Source: Octopus vulgaris (lineage: Eukaryota). From it: a DNA stretch of 64,000 nucleotides. Positions 40,819-54,364 of the stretch are shown here, piece by piece. The position numbers and the translations under genes are program-made. Numbering within the stretch: the stretch's first letter is position 1; every line of letters begins with the position of its first letter. Under the pieces are notes generated by a model. The model ran no database searches and had not been told where the DNA came from. It worked only from the letters and a program-made list of their open reading frames with translations. The stretch covers positions 9,052,001 to 9,116,000 of the forward strand of contig OX597835.1 in the NCBI GenBank assembly GCA_951406725.2, given 5' to 3'.

Positions 40819-41944
40819 AGTGTGTGTGTTGAAATCAAATACAAAAGGTGAATAGCGGTTAGAAATACATGTCCTTTTATTACATTCACTTGTCTTTTGT
40901 TTTCCTTTTTTTTTGTTATTTTGGTCATATGCAGTAGTTGAATACAAATGAAATAGATTTAAAACTTATATCATGTCTTCAGAGATGTGTGTCACGCGCT
41001 CAATAATTGGATATTACGGAAGTACACTCAGGTAAGATATATCACAAAGGTGTAACTTTGAATGTTTATTAATTTGTAATGTAGTTTTGTCTGTTCGGCA
41101 ACTCTTTGTCATTTATGTCTAGAATTAATGCTACTCATATGTCAGAGATTACATTATTTTATGCGCTTCCAAAGAATCGCATATTAATATCGCAGATATG
41201 TTCCGTATTAATGAGACACTTTTACTGCAGGGGAAAAAGAATTTGAAAACAGCAGATACTTTATAGACAAAGAATATTGCAAAGTGACGGCAGTTTCAAG
41301 ATGTCAACGCTCCACTAAATATTTACTTTAAAGATTCACAAATGGATTATTTAGAATCGATTCGCGTCGAAATCCACACAGTCCACGTACACACTCACAA
41401 GCAAACATGCATCAACATGTACATACAGGCACACACATACATACATGCAATCACCAACATAAATTCTTTCATATATTATGTGTGCGCATGCATGTTGTAT
41501 AAATATATATGTATGTATAGGGGAAAAATAGGAAAAATCAACGAAAAGGCACATAGTAAATAAAAAAATGCAGCTTGTAAATAAAAAAAAGGCTTTTTAT
41601 GAAAGGTAACGACAGATATATACATTTAGATGGACAGAGGTATAAATAAAAGTCATAAAAGTCATTATTATGAGATTATTATAAAGTCAGAAAGCAAAGC
41701 ATACCATGATTTCGTGAAAGCTATTCATTGCTTTGAATAAGCACCGGCTAATAAACGGTGTTAGGTCTAATAGTTCCTGAGAAAAAATATTATTTGTAAG
41801 GGGGATAAGTAGTTCAGGATTATTTGTAAGGGAGATAAGTAGTTCTGGATTTAGATATAGAATTGTAATGTGAATGGTATATGGAGTGTATAGGAGTTAG
41901 TGGTTTTAATTGAAGGGTTAGTGGTGTCCTGTAATAAGTTGTGT

Positions 41945-42570
41945 GTTCATATTTAGTTGGGGGAGGTAGTTATTGATGGAAAATATCTCTTTATTCAACC
42001 TTTGTTGCATTGTGGTGTTCTGTGAACATTGATAGAAGGGGAAGATTTGGAAATTAGGATTAAGATTCCTAGCACACCTATCTATGTGTTCACTAACCTC
42101 TAACTGTATTGTGGGAGGCGGATTTGCTCTTTGTGAATGGTGGTTCTTCGACGGAGTGAAAATCCTGTTTGTCCAATATAGCGGTTACCGCATCCTAAGC
42201 ATGTCATGACATGGATTAAATTTTCCGAGGCCTAGGTGAAATTTGATTTGATCTTAAACGTTTCTCCTTGTTTGAAGTGAAATTCTGAAAACTCCAAAAG
42301 GTGGGGGCATGTTCCACAGTTAGGACGACCACATTTTTTTCACTTTTTGCTCTGTTGATAGTGGTATAGACTTGCGCTGGTTAATATTTTTTTTCAGTGA
42401 CTTCGGTTGGTTTTGCTTTTTATAATTCTGTATGAGCTTAAAATTTCGTTCATTGTTTTGTCTGCTGTGAGGATGAGAAGATTTTGGGTGATGATGCAGA
42501 AAGCTTCGTTGTTTCTAGGGTTATGTGTGGAAATGTACGGGAGTATTTTTAAGTCTGGTTTATTATTTAA
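41945..42570 (-). mobile_element. Penelope-like (Neptune-type) retrotransposon remnant: linker, Cys-rich finger and GIY-YIG endonuclease, pseudogenised
   Basis: Minus strand reads ILPYISTHNPRN...KKCGRPNCGTCPHLL...NFT*ASENLIHVMTCLGCGNRYIGQTGFSLRRRTTIHKEQIR...VSEHID...RLNKEIFSINNYLPQLN, with stops and frameshifts. Confidence 0.88.
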
Positions 42571-42608
42571 ATATATTCTAACTGTATAGTTGTTGCTTAA
42601 TAGATTAT

Positions 42609-42873
42609 TCAGTTCTATATTTAAGAGATGAGGAATTATGTACATTATTTACATTATTTATATTTGACGGATATTTGTCTCATTTGCTTGTTGTTAGCAA
42701 AACGTTTCAGCTGATATGCTCTCCAGCCTTCATCGGGTGTCTTGGGGAAATTTTGAACCTGGGTTCTCGTTCCTAAGGTGTTTGCTGTTGTTGTTGTTGT
42801 TGTTGTTATTATTATTATTATTAATATTAATGTCACTGCTTGGAATCGAACTCTACCACTACGCCATAAGTCC
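42609..42873 (-). mobile_element. tRNA-headed short element with hammerhead-like tail
   Basis: A-box TGGCGTAGTGG (42866-42856), B-box GAGTTCGATTCC (42853-42842), (AAT)/(AAC) linker, hammerhead-like motif 42741-42696; 3' boundary approximate. Confidence 0.65.
42696..42741 (-). ncRNA. Decayed hammerhead ribozyme motif
   Basis: CCGAUGA-A-GGCUG...CAGCU-GAAA-CG-UU; stem III ACGU; U4C core change and weak stem I. Confidence 0.65.
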
Positions 42874-42893
42874 GTGTATGAATGCATGTATAA

Positions 42894-42941
42894 ATAGATA
42901 GATAGATAGTTAGATAGTTAGAAAGATAGATAGATAGATAA

Positions 42942-42977
<36 letters not shown>

Positions 42978-42978
42978 G

Positions 42979-43065
<87 letters not shown>

Positions 43066-43084
43066 GTAGAAAGATAGATAGATA
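42894..43084. repeat. (GATA)n microsatellite
   Basis: Direct reading. Confidence 0.95.
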
Positions 43085-43583
43085 AGCATGCAAATGATGC
43101 TTCAATATTTGTACGACATTTATTAAATTTTGATGGCAGATGAATATTATGAACCGCGGTGCTCTCCCTAGCCAATTTCTATATCATCCTTCCTTTGTAA
43201 AAAACGATACAATTCTATGTCCGGCAACGGCTAAATATTTCATATCAGCTTTATATTTACTATTTATTTAGCATAGTGCACATATATTTGTTCATTATCT
43301 CGTCTGCTTGAAGTTCTGCACTCTGCATAGATATGTGTGCAAACCCATTCGTATATATATATTTGTGAGTGTATGTGTGTGTATTTTTACATAAGGAAGA
43401 GGCCTACGGAAAAGAGAATAGGAAGGAAAACGGGAAATCACGTACGAAATATAGACAAAGATTTGGGAACACATAACACATGTTAAATATAACACCTTAA
43501 AGAATTAATATAGGTGCACACACTTAGTTTGGTTTGGCATATATAATCCTATGGCGCCCAAAATATACATATGCATATATATA

Positions 43584-43639
<56 letters not shown>

Positions 43640-43647
43640 ATATATTT

Positions 43648-44069
43648 ATAGGCGCAGGAGTGGCTGTGTGGTAAGTAGCTTGCTAACCAACCACATGGTT
43701 CCGGGTTCAGTCCCACTGCGTGGCATATTGGGCAAGTGTCTTCTGCTATAGCCCCGGGCCGACCAATGCCTTGTGAGTGGATTTGGTAGACGGAAACTGA
43801 AAGAAGCCTGTCGTATATACGTATATATATATAAGTGTGTGTGTATATGTTTGTGTGTCTGTGTTTGTCCCCCTAGCATTGCTTGACAACCCATGCTGGT
43901 GTGTTTACGTCCCCGTCACTTAGCGGTTCGGCAAAAGAGACCGATAGAATAAGTACTGGGCTTACAAAGAATAAGTCCCGGGGTTGATTTGCTCGACTAA
44001 AGGCGGTGCTCCAGCATGGCCGCAGTCAAATGACTGAAACAAGTGAAAGAGTAAAAGAGTAAAAGAGTA
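43648..44069 (+). mobile_element. SINE family A, full length
   Basis: Complete head through (GTAAAAGA)n tail. Confidence 0.92.
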
Positions 44070-44626
44070 TATGTCTGTGTGTGGAATAATTGCTATGAAG
44101 CAATGTTTAGAATATATTTTATAAAAATCGTGGGTAAGGCCAAAACAATACCAAGTAAATGCAAGGTAAATCACAAGAAAACAAATATGTGAATTAATGT
44201 ATACTTATTATATTCAACAATTTGTGGTTACGACAACATTTGCAAAAAATTTACGCATGTTGTCGATATGCGTGTGTGTGAGCACACACGCGCATAATTT
44301 CAATACACACATACATACACACAAATAACAAAACATATGTGCGTACGTATGTATGTAATATAGCGACGTGCGTTGGCGTTTAGAGACCCACAAGTTCTTA
44401 TTAAGATAACGAGGGAGAAGATGAAGAAAAACCCTATATAATAGAAATCTCTCGAAATACTCCCACACTTAAGTATTGATGCACATTCGTCCGTATATAT
44501 CTGCAACGAATGCACAAACAAAACAGTGCCAACCGTATAAGTACACTTTCATTCATAATGCCCGCGCACACACATACCATGTATATATGAATGTTTACAA
44601 ATATAGATCTATGTGAGTGCATGCAC

Positions 44627-44679
<53 letters not shown>

Positions 44680-44692
44680 CGTGTGTGTGTGC

Positions 44693-44754
<62 letters not shown>

Positions 44755-44993
44755 ATATGTACGTGGAGTTGGGTAAACAATGAATTTTCTCCTTCGAGGT
44801 TGTTGATTTCTATCCCATTGTTCACTCCACTCCATAAACTATTTCACTGAGCTACAATACCTTTACGTATAAGTGTTATACAAATAGATTCAAAAAGATA
44901 CGAAGGTAGCAGTAAATGTAGCTAAATCATGAGCCAAGGAGATGTCTAAATGCAGAACACAATAAACAGAGAAAGAGAAGGAGAGATGGAAAG

Positions 44994-45365
<372 letters not shown>

Positions 45366-46874
45366 ATATAAGGAAGAAGAAAATTAACTGTGAATCATAA
45401 TCAGTGTCATTGTATTGGTAGACGGTGTTTATCTGCGCGATTTGCACTGAATGGTTGTCACAATGGAAGAAATTATCATACAACATAATTGCTATTTCGA
45501 AGAAAGGATTTTAAGAATATTACATTTGTAGTGTAATTTAAGCGTTAATGTGATATTAATGAGCGGCCATTATGCACAATTAATGTGCGAAAATCTTATC
45601 GACTACAACGGAAAGTATGTCCAACGTTCACAAAATGAGTGCAATGTATCTGTAAGATATGTGAGTACACAGGCCCATGGTTATCATGAGTACGGACCCA
45701 TGGATATCATGAAGAGAACGCAGGGAAGCAATGCTACAAAATGGCGAAATTTGAAAAATGATGAGTGGGAAGGACGGTAAGTACGGTAAGGACGGCTGGA
45801 ATTAGTTCCAGGGATCTAGCGAATCCGTTCTCAAACGTAGACGTTTGCCGTTAAGTCTGGTGTTATATCTTAAGATTCACTCATTTGATCGTTGCATGAT
45901 GAGATCTGTACTAATTTTTGTACTACTCTTTGCATTCATATTATGAGAAGTGGTTGTGTAAATATGTCGAACTTTCCCTATTGGGAAAAGGGAACATTTG
46001 AAATGATTTATAAAGCATTGTATACGAAGATACCATTATCTTTTACCGTGCAGAAAAAGAAAAGTAATCCTATTCCTTCCTTTATAAAAAGAAAGAATTA
46101 TAATGAACACATTAGTGTTGTTGGTACAATACATTAATGTTGCTTTTCTACGTTTATTTTCCAATGTAAAAGGAAACATATGCAATAAAACAGGAAACCG
46201 ATCGCAAAGCAACGAACATGTATTGTTTATGGTAGAGAGAAAATGCCCTACATTGATGCAGAGTTAGGCTTTACAACAAATATGAAGGTTTTACCTAAAG
46301 TTCTTTAAAACGAAACACCTATGTTGAATAACCTGAGGAAGTTAGAATCTATTGTATCCGGGCTGTGGATTATAATTCATATGCATTATCGTTGATATAT
46401 TTAGTGAGATATATTTCAACTATTTTGCAGATGTGGAATGGAAATCTTACCGTTTCCAGGAAAGAACGAAATAAATCGTATTCTTCAAAAACGAATCGAT
46501 TTCTTCCACACTGGGTGCTTATAAGCAATTACCAATTTTTCCATTTGTGTACCATGCAAAGAATAATGCTATATAGGCATTCACGTATATTTAGACTTTA
46601 ATCGCACACACATAAATACACATAATCACGCACCCACAACTACATTTACACTCCAAAGATCAGTGCAAAAACATTCATGTATATAGGTCTCTTTATATCT
46701 AATGCTAATTTCATTGTGTATTCCCAAATTCCTAGAACTAACTTCCCACCAAATTCCCGTCATTGTGTTCGAGACCCGCTTGATTTTTACAAAGGACTTA
46801 ATTGTCTCTCAAAGAAAACTTTACCTTGTGTCTATCCATATACAGCAATCAGACGCACCCAAACGTACACGTTC

Positions 46875-47135
46875 ACATTTATACACTCATTAACATACAT
46901 GCTAACGTACACGTATGCATAAAATTATCCAGAAAATCATAGACACATTCATAGCTACATATAAATATGTACACACACACACACACTCACAAACACTCGC
47001 ACACACATTTATACACTCATTAACATACATGCTAACGTACACGCATGCATAAAATTATCTTGAAAATTATAGACACATTCATAGCTACATATAAATATGT
47101 ACACACACACACACTCACAAACACTCGCGCACACA
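46875..47135 (+). repeat. Local tandem duplication, ~128-bp unit, 2 copies
   Basis: CACATTTATACACTCATTAACATACATGCTAACGTACACG...CACAAACACTCGC occurs twice. Confidence 0.85.
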
Positions 47136-47520
47136 CACACAGCCACGCATGTATAATTCAATTTCGTAAATTTGTATTTTGTAGTATTGTATTTGTTGGT
47201 CGGTCGGTCGGTCGGTCGGTCGGTCTGTCGGTTGGTTGTCTGGCTGGGTGGTTGGTTGGTTGGTTGGTTGGTCGGTTGGTTGGTCGGTTGGTTGGTTTAA
47301 CGTGTCGTACCACATCAGTTTACTCGGAAAGCATTATTAAATAAAACCTAATCTTCTTTGAATTATGGCGATATTTCTATGGCATGTTGGTAAAGAGATT
47401 ACGGATGTGTGCGTCTGGCGTCTGTGTATGTGCGTACACACAAATGCAAATAACTCACAAAACCCAACCCCATATATATATATTTATATAAATATATAAT
47501 GTATTTATATCTACATACAT

Positions 47521-47561
<41 letters not shown>

Positions 47562-47563
<2 letters not shown>

Positions 47564-47748
47564 AAATATTGAATTTCTAAATCTCTCGTAGAGAGATGTA
47601 CGGTGGTGGGTCGATAGAATGGTTGTATACTGTCAATCTAACAAGAACGTGACAGTAGGGGGTACACCACCGTTGTATAGCCCTAGGAGCTATACAACGG
47701 TGGTGTACCCCCTACTGTCACGTTCTTGTTAGATTGACAGTATACAAC

Positions 47749-47754
<6 letters not shown>
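47562..47754 (-). mobile_element. Fold-back insertion, same family as 83-455, in (TA)n
   Basis: Perfect 66-bp arms 47616-47681 and 47689-47754 with a 7-nt loop; tail 47562-47615 is homologous to 403-455. Confidence 0.85.
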
Positions 47755-47825
<71 letters not shown>

Positions 47826-48374
47826 GTATGTATATATATGCATATGTATACATACACATTTCTTCATGTCGAAATAAAATCAGTTGTCAAAGTGTTATTT
47901 GTAGATTTTCTGTTTATAATTTTATAATTTCATGCTTGTGCAAAGAGGTGTGCTAGCTGAATTGTTAACACACAGCACAACATTGCTTAGCAGCATTTCG
48001 TTGGTGTTCTGAGTTCAATCTCCTAGAAGGTCGACTTGACCTCACATCATTTTGGACTCAACGACATAACTACTAGTTGACCACTATGGTCGAGTACATC
48101 CACTAGCCCCATTATTAAAATTTTCAAGCCTTATTCCGAGAATGAAAGAATTATTTCATGCATGAGTTGAGGCTTTCATCTATGAGATTAATTTTTAGTT
48201 GTGTATACATCTTCTCGATAACTGTCCAACCAACCAGGTATATTCAGCCTATTTATCAATAAAAAATGTCAATAAGAGAAATATAAATTAAAATAACTGA
48301 ACGGTTGTTATTAGTGACAGAATTAATAAAAGTCATTTAACCAAGAAATTCCTATGTTGATCATACGACATATA

Positions 48375-49455
48375 TTAGGTTGTTCCGAAAATAATAACCG
48401 ATTTCAGAAACATAGTTTTATTCTGGAAAAATTAACAATAAAACTGTTTTGATTAATCCAAATATGAGCCGTGGACATCTAGGTACCTCTGAAATCGATT
48501 AACGAGATAAAAAACTTATTGGCCTTGATGCTAATAACGTGTTTAAATGCTTTAAAAATACTAGTCAATGGGTGAAAGATCCGGAGAATATGGAAAATGT
48601 AGAAACGTCTCGTATCCAAAGTCTGTGAGTTTCTCCAGTGTCATCCTTGCAACATGCGACTTTGCATAATCGTGGAGCAGAATTGGGCCACACCGATTCC
48701 TCAATGCAAGTTTCATATTTTATCAAGTGAGCATGCATTTGAGTGAGTTGATTGCTGTAAACCTATGCTGTAATGCTCTGATTGGCTTCCAGAAGCTGTA
48801 AGGGTCAACACCAATTGCAGACCAAGAGACGGTCACAATAATATTTTGCTGATGCAACTTTAGGTTTGGGAAATGTTTGGGGGACTCATAGTGACCAAGC
48901 ATTTGAGCTGATAGTTTACGGTTATCCTAAAGGAACCACTTTTCGGCACAAGTGATTATTCGGCCAGGAAAAGCACCATTGGTGTTTCGCCGAACTTTTT
49001 GATTTGCATTGAGCTCATGAGGTGCCCATTTATCGAGCTTTTTCACCTGATCAATCTTCAGCAGATTGCGTGAGACCGTGGCAATACCGACACCAAGTGC
49101 CTGAGACATTTCTATGACACTTTCAACAATTGCTTTCATTTGTTCATTGTCAAGACTGCATGACTATCCTCTATCTTCTTGATCTTGAAGGCTCTTCTCA
49201 CCACTACAGAATTTCTGAAACTATCTTCATACTACGTGATCACTTGTGGACCCCTCTCCTCTTGCCTTGTTGATATTGGCAGTAGTTTGCGAGGCATTGT
49301 GTCTGAGCTTCAACTGATACAAGAAAACTAAGTGAAGCTCATTTTTGTCATGTTCACAATTAAGGGCACTTATGCGTCAAGAATGTTTTTCCTTCCTGAA
49401 ATAGGTAGAAACTTATTATGATCGCACGCTGCGCATCCTTTTCCAAGTTTGTATA
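48375..49455 (-). mobile_element. Degenerate mariner transposon
   Basis: Minus-strand motifs KLDKWAPHEL (cf. WVPHEL), IITCAEKW, LLHDYA and PYSPDLSPID; TIR-like TATTAGGTTG.. at 48373; multiple stops and frameshifts. Confidence 0.9.
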
Positions 49456-49468
49456 TCTATATTCTGGA

Positions 49469-49519
<51 letters not shown>

Positions 49520-50214
49520 TCTGTGTGGAACAAGAAAAATAATTCTGGTTAGAAGGAAAAGTAATGAAAATAAAAAAAAGCTATGGTGTTGAAAAACTAA
49601 ATCTCAAAGGGGGAGATATTGTTACAGATGAAAGACAAATGAAAGAAAATGAAATAAAAAAAAAGTTAATGCCATACCTCCACGTTTCACCATAAAGGAA
49701 TTATCCGTGGATTCTCAGTGAAATCTCAGCTGACACATAATAAACAATCTAAGTAGCAATCGTCTCCGTGGGGGGTCACGTGCGTACAGATTTCCACTAC
49801 TATACATCGGAATTCCAATTCAAATGTCTTCGACTAGCGCCACAAGCTAGAAAAAAATGCTGTGAATAGAATTCCGCAGGGAATTAACGTTCTAGAAATC
49901 ATTCTAATGTGTCGGCAGTAATTCCACTGAGAGGCTACGGAAAATTCCTTAATTATTTAGGTATGGAATTAACTGTTTTTTTTTGTTTGCCTTTAATTTG
50001 TCTTGCTCTCAATCACCTAGCGCACTGCTACTTTGAGAACTCATTTTTCGTGGTAGGACGATTTGGCGTCTATTTCCAGCATAAAAGGAATCCAGTTAGT
50101 GGTCTTTCCTCCTATTTATATATTTTAATGTACTTTGCAGTCATTAAAGTATGTTGGCCACTGGCTTAAATTAGGATTATTTCATATCAATTTCTACCCT
50201 TAGTATTCAATCCT

Positions 50215-50215
50215 T

Positions 50216-50254
<39 letters not shown>

Positions 50255-50272
50255 TATATACATACAAATAAA

Positions 50273-50358
<86 letters not shown>

Positions 50359-50388
50359 TATATACTTACATACACGCACACACACATA

Positions 50389-50450
<62 letters not shown>
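50215..50450. repeat. Interrupted (TA)n tract
   Basis: Direct reading. Confidence 0.95.
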
Positions 50451-50453
<3 letters not shown>

Positions 50454-52368
50454 TTGTTCAGTTTTATTTCAAGATTTCTTGTCAACAGGGAAAGAGCCCG
50501 TTTCTAACGTAGATCCAAGGCTCCTCCATTTTAATTTGAGCATCAACAACAGAATGCAAATATAGACCAACAACAGCAGTAACTTTGTATGCATGTCTCC
50601 TCTATTTTTAATTATTGTGAATCTTCCACTGAGGAGGGAGACGGTTTCCAACAAAGATTCAACACTCCATCTTTGGGTTGTAGTTAACACAGACAAATTC
50701 ACATTTGGAACTTGAAAATAGTGTTGCATATTTTTATTGTTCCACTCACATATTGTACTTGTACGAATTAGCCGGTTAATTTCTCTTTCTGAAAATCCTA
50801 GTTTATCCAGAATTATATCGCATCCTCTGGAAAGTTTAAGGTCTCTCTTATAATGTCAACTCTATATAATAATAATTTTCGATGTGTTAACATGTACCTC
50901 CTTGCGACAAAACAAACTTTCACTAAATTAATTAATATACCTTTCATCTAAACGGCAGCCTGCAGCATACACTTCACTTGGATGTTTGGATATTTACCTA
51001 TGAAACATCTAGGCCGGATCTTATCTACTCCATTTCTTAACTCTTGTGCATATATATATATATATATATGTATATGTATATATGTATATGCATATATACA
51101 TATATACATATATACATATATATAAATGCATATATACATATATATATAATATATAAATACAAATAATAATATATATGTATATATATATACTAAAATACCA
51201 GCGATCGGTAAAATTTATTCTAATGACGAATGTAAAACTGACAGTCTTTATTAAAGATAAAAGTAATTTCTGTTTATAAATTTGAATAGTCGTCATTAAC
51301 TGATGGTGCAATGCAGAAACAATAGAATATATTAAGAGAAACAATTTATAAGAATGTTAAATTCCTGGCAGATTAGATATCACCAGGAAGTTAGATGAGG
51401 TGATGTTGTTAACCTGTCTCTTGAGAGTGTAAATATTTTAGAAAGCAATGACCGAGTTACAAGCCAGAAAACGTAGACGTAAAATGTTTTAGACGCTTCC
51501 CAATTAGATTTAAACTTATTATGATTGCGACTAAAATGAATGCAGCTCTCAGAGTTCTCTGTGTGTTAGTCAATAATATCTTAGTATATAAGTGATGGCC
51601 TTTTTATTAGTTTATAATAATGATTAGTCTGCTGTCGCTTTAGAAGTTTAATATTCAATGCTTCGATCTGCAGAACGACCCACTCATTGATTTTAACTTT
51701 TACATGTCGAAGTATTTCAGAGACACCGATAACATTAATTTGATAGTCAAAGAGATTCACTATATCACCGAGTGGGAAGAAGCTGGGTCTTGCTACATAT
51801 TGTGCCATTCTTACTGAAGAGAAAATTTCATCAAACTCATTGAGATCGAACACGAGACCTTTTGATTATGAAGTGAATTATGAACGCACTAATCATTTTT
51901 CATCATAGATAGTTAATTCTTTTCTCCCTGTGTACTTAAAGATATTCGTCAAAAAGCTTTTGCTTCCGTTGCATTGATACAGTAAGTAGTTTAAACTAAA
52001 TTAAGGGAAAAAATGTAATTTTAAATACATCGTTTCATATTATTGTTACGCAGTCTTTTTTTTACAGTTGTCTACAAATGTAAATATTCTGTTTACAGTT
52101 TGTCTATTCTTAAATGTAATATATCAGCTTTAGTAAATTACGTTTATGTCATTCTTATAAAGTATTACTTGGTTTCTTAACTTATAGTTAATACAAATGC
52201 AATTATCTTAGTTAAATTCGTCAGAGAGGATTAAGTACTTTCTACAGTCAGAATGGTAAAGGAACAATAAATATAATAATGGATGTTCGAATACAATGTA
52301 TGCATAAATCAGATTTGTCAGCTATAAACCGTACAAAATTCTATAGTAAACATATTATTACAGTATTG

Positions 52369-52709
52369 AAGGCGCATGGCTCAGTGGTTAGAGCGTCGAG
52401 CTTACGATCGTGAGGTTGTGAGCTCGAATCCCGGACCGGGCTGCGTGTTGTGTTCTTGAGCAAGACATTTTATTTCACGTTGCTCCAGTTCACTCAGCTG
52501 TAGAAATGAGTTGCGACGTCACAGGTGCCAAGCTGTATCGACCTTTGTCTTTCCCTTGGATAACATTGGTGGCGTGGAGAGGGGAGACCGGTATGCATGG
52601 GCGACTACTGGTCTTCCATAAAAACAACCTTGCCCAGACTTGTGCCTCAGAGGGTAACTCTCTAGGTGCAAAACCATGGTCACTCATGACCGAAGGGGGT
52701 CTTTACCCT
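52369..52709 (+). mobile_element. tRNA-derived SINE, family D, with 12-bp TSD
   Basis: A-box TGGCTCAGTGG, B-box GAGCTCGAATCC; TTACAGTATTGA at 52358-52369 and 52710-52721. Confidence 0.9.
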
Positions 52710-52925
52710 TTACAGTATTGACTACATATTTTATCCAAACATTATGATACCCAATAACTCTACTACGAATGGTAGTATACATAATCAGGCAGATTTCGAA
52801 ACGCTTCCTTCAGCTCCATACATTATTTGCTTTTGATCCTGTGTTGTAAATTCATATTTGGTGGATATGTCTACACACTTGTTAACATAGGTTTCACTAA
52901 TATTTCAACCTCTATAGATATTCTT

Positions 52926-53256
52926 AGACTCCCTTCGGTCACGACACAGACCACGGGATTGCACCTAGAAAGTTACCCTCCTAGACACAAGTCCGGGCGA
53001 GGTTGTTTATGGAAGACCAGCAGTCCCCCATGCATACCAGCCTCCCCTCTCCACGCCACCAGTGTTATCCAAGGGAAAGGCAAAGGTCGATACAGCTTGG
53101 CACCTGTGACGTCGCAACTCATTTCTACAGCTGAGTGAACTGGAGCAACGTGAAATAAGGTGCCTTGCTCAAGAACACAACACGCAGCCCGGTCCGGGAT
53201 TCGAGCTCACAACCTCACGATCGTAAGCTCGACGCTCTAACCACTGAGCCATCGCC
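52926..53256 (-). mobile_element. SINE family D, inverted relative to 52369-52709
   Basis: Reverse-complement match along its whole length. Confidence 0.9.
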
Positions 53257-53967
53257 AAGTTTATTAAGAAAATGTGTTTCCAACTATTCTTTTCTTTTAT
53301 CAGTGCCGCAATTCTGTGTGCAACTGGTGAGATTTAGACCCATAGAAAAAAAAAAACAAAAAAAAACCGGTATGGTAGTATTTCTTTCCGTTGAGGTTAA
53401 CTTTGCATATCATATCTGAGGTGTGAATCAAATAAGGTATGAGGCGAATGTTGTAAACAAGCAACACATTCCTCAAAACCGTTGCTGTTGTACCTGTTCT
53501 GAAGCAGTTATAACTTGACAGCCATGCTGTGGAATTGTAGCAAGGGGGTGAAGGAACAAAATTATCAGAGTTTCAGATAAAATGTGTTCTTGTATTTCTT
53601 GTGCCACTCTATATTCTCATTATCACTCATACTTCTGGAGCGTGAAAATCATACTACTATACAAGCGCTGAAATACAATAACTCGATTAACTGCTTCCCG
53701 CAGACGTCAGGCACTTTTGCACATAATTTTTAATTCCTCTTTTACTATTTTACTTGTTTCAGTCATTTGACTGCGGCCATGCTGGAGCAACGCCTTTAAT
53801 CGAGCAACTCGACCCCGGGACTTATTCTTTTGTAAGCTCAGTTTTATCACTCATACTTCTGGAGCGTGAAAATCATACTACTATACAAGCGCTGAGGACA
53901 AACACAGACACACAAACATAACACACACACCGCAGACGTCAGGCACATATATTATACACATACATAT

Positions 53968-54364
53968 TTTACTATTTACTATTTTACTATTTTACTTGTT
54001 TCAGTCATTTGAGTGCGGCCATGCCTTTAGTCGAGCAAATCGACCCCGGGACTTATTATTTGTAAGCCCAGTACTTATTCTATAGGTCCCTTTTTCCGAA
54101 CCGCTAAGTGACGGGGAACGTAAACACACCAGCATCGGTTGTCAAGCAATGCTAGGGGGACAAACACAGACACACAAACACATACACACACATACATATA
54201 TATATATACATATATACGACAGGCTTCTTTCAGTTTCCGTCTACCAAATCCACTCACAAGGCATTGGTCTGCCCGGGGCTATAGCAGAAGACACTTGTCC
54301 AAGATGCCACGCAGTGGGACTGAACCCGGAACCATGTGGCTTGTTAGCAAGCTACTTACCACAC
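53968..54364 (-). mobile_element. SINE family A (a partial 3' copy also at 53738-53842)
   Basis: Family A match. Confidence 0.88.

Noticed and set aside
42394-42645. 83-aa ORF as an independent gene
   Set aside because: Most of it is the frameshifted PLE linker, and its N-terminus appears to come from the adjacent element's tail.
49676-49725. Minus-strand CUGAGAA..GAAA-CG-UG hammerhead-like string
   Set aside because: Non-canonical core, non-cleavable GUG and weak stems; could be chance.
52369-52445. tRNA gene candidates at SINE heads
   Set aside because: They continue into SINE bodies with TSDs and lack a convincing cloverleaf and terminator.
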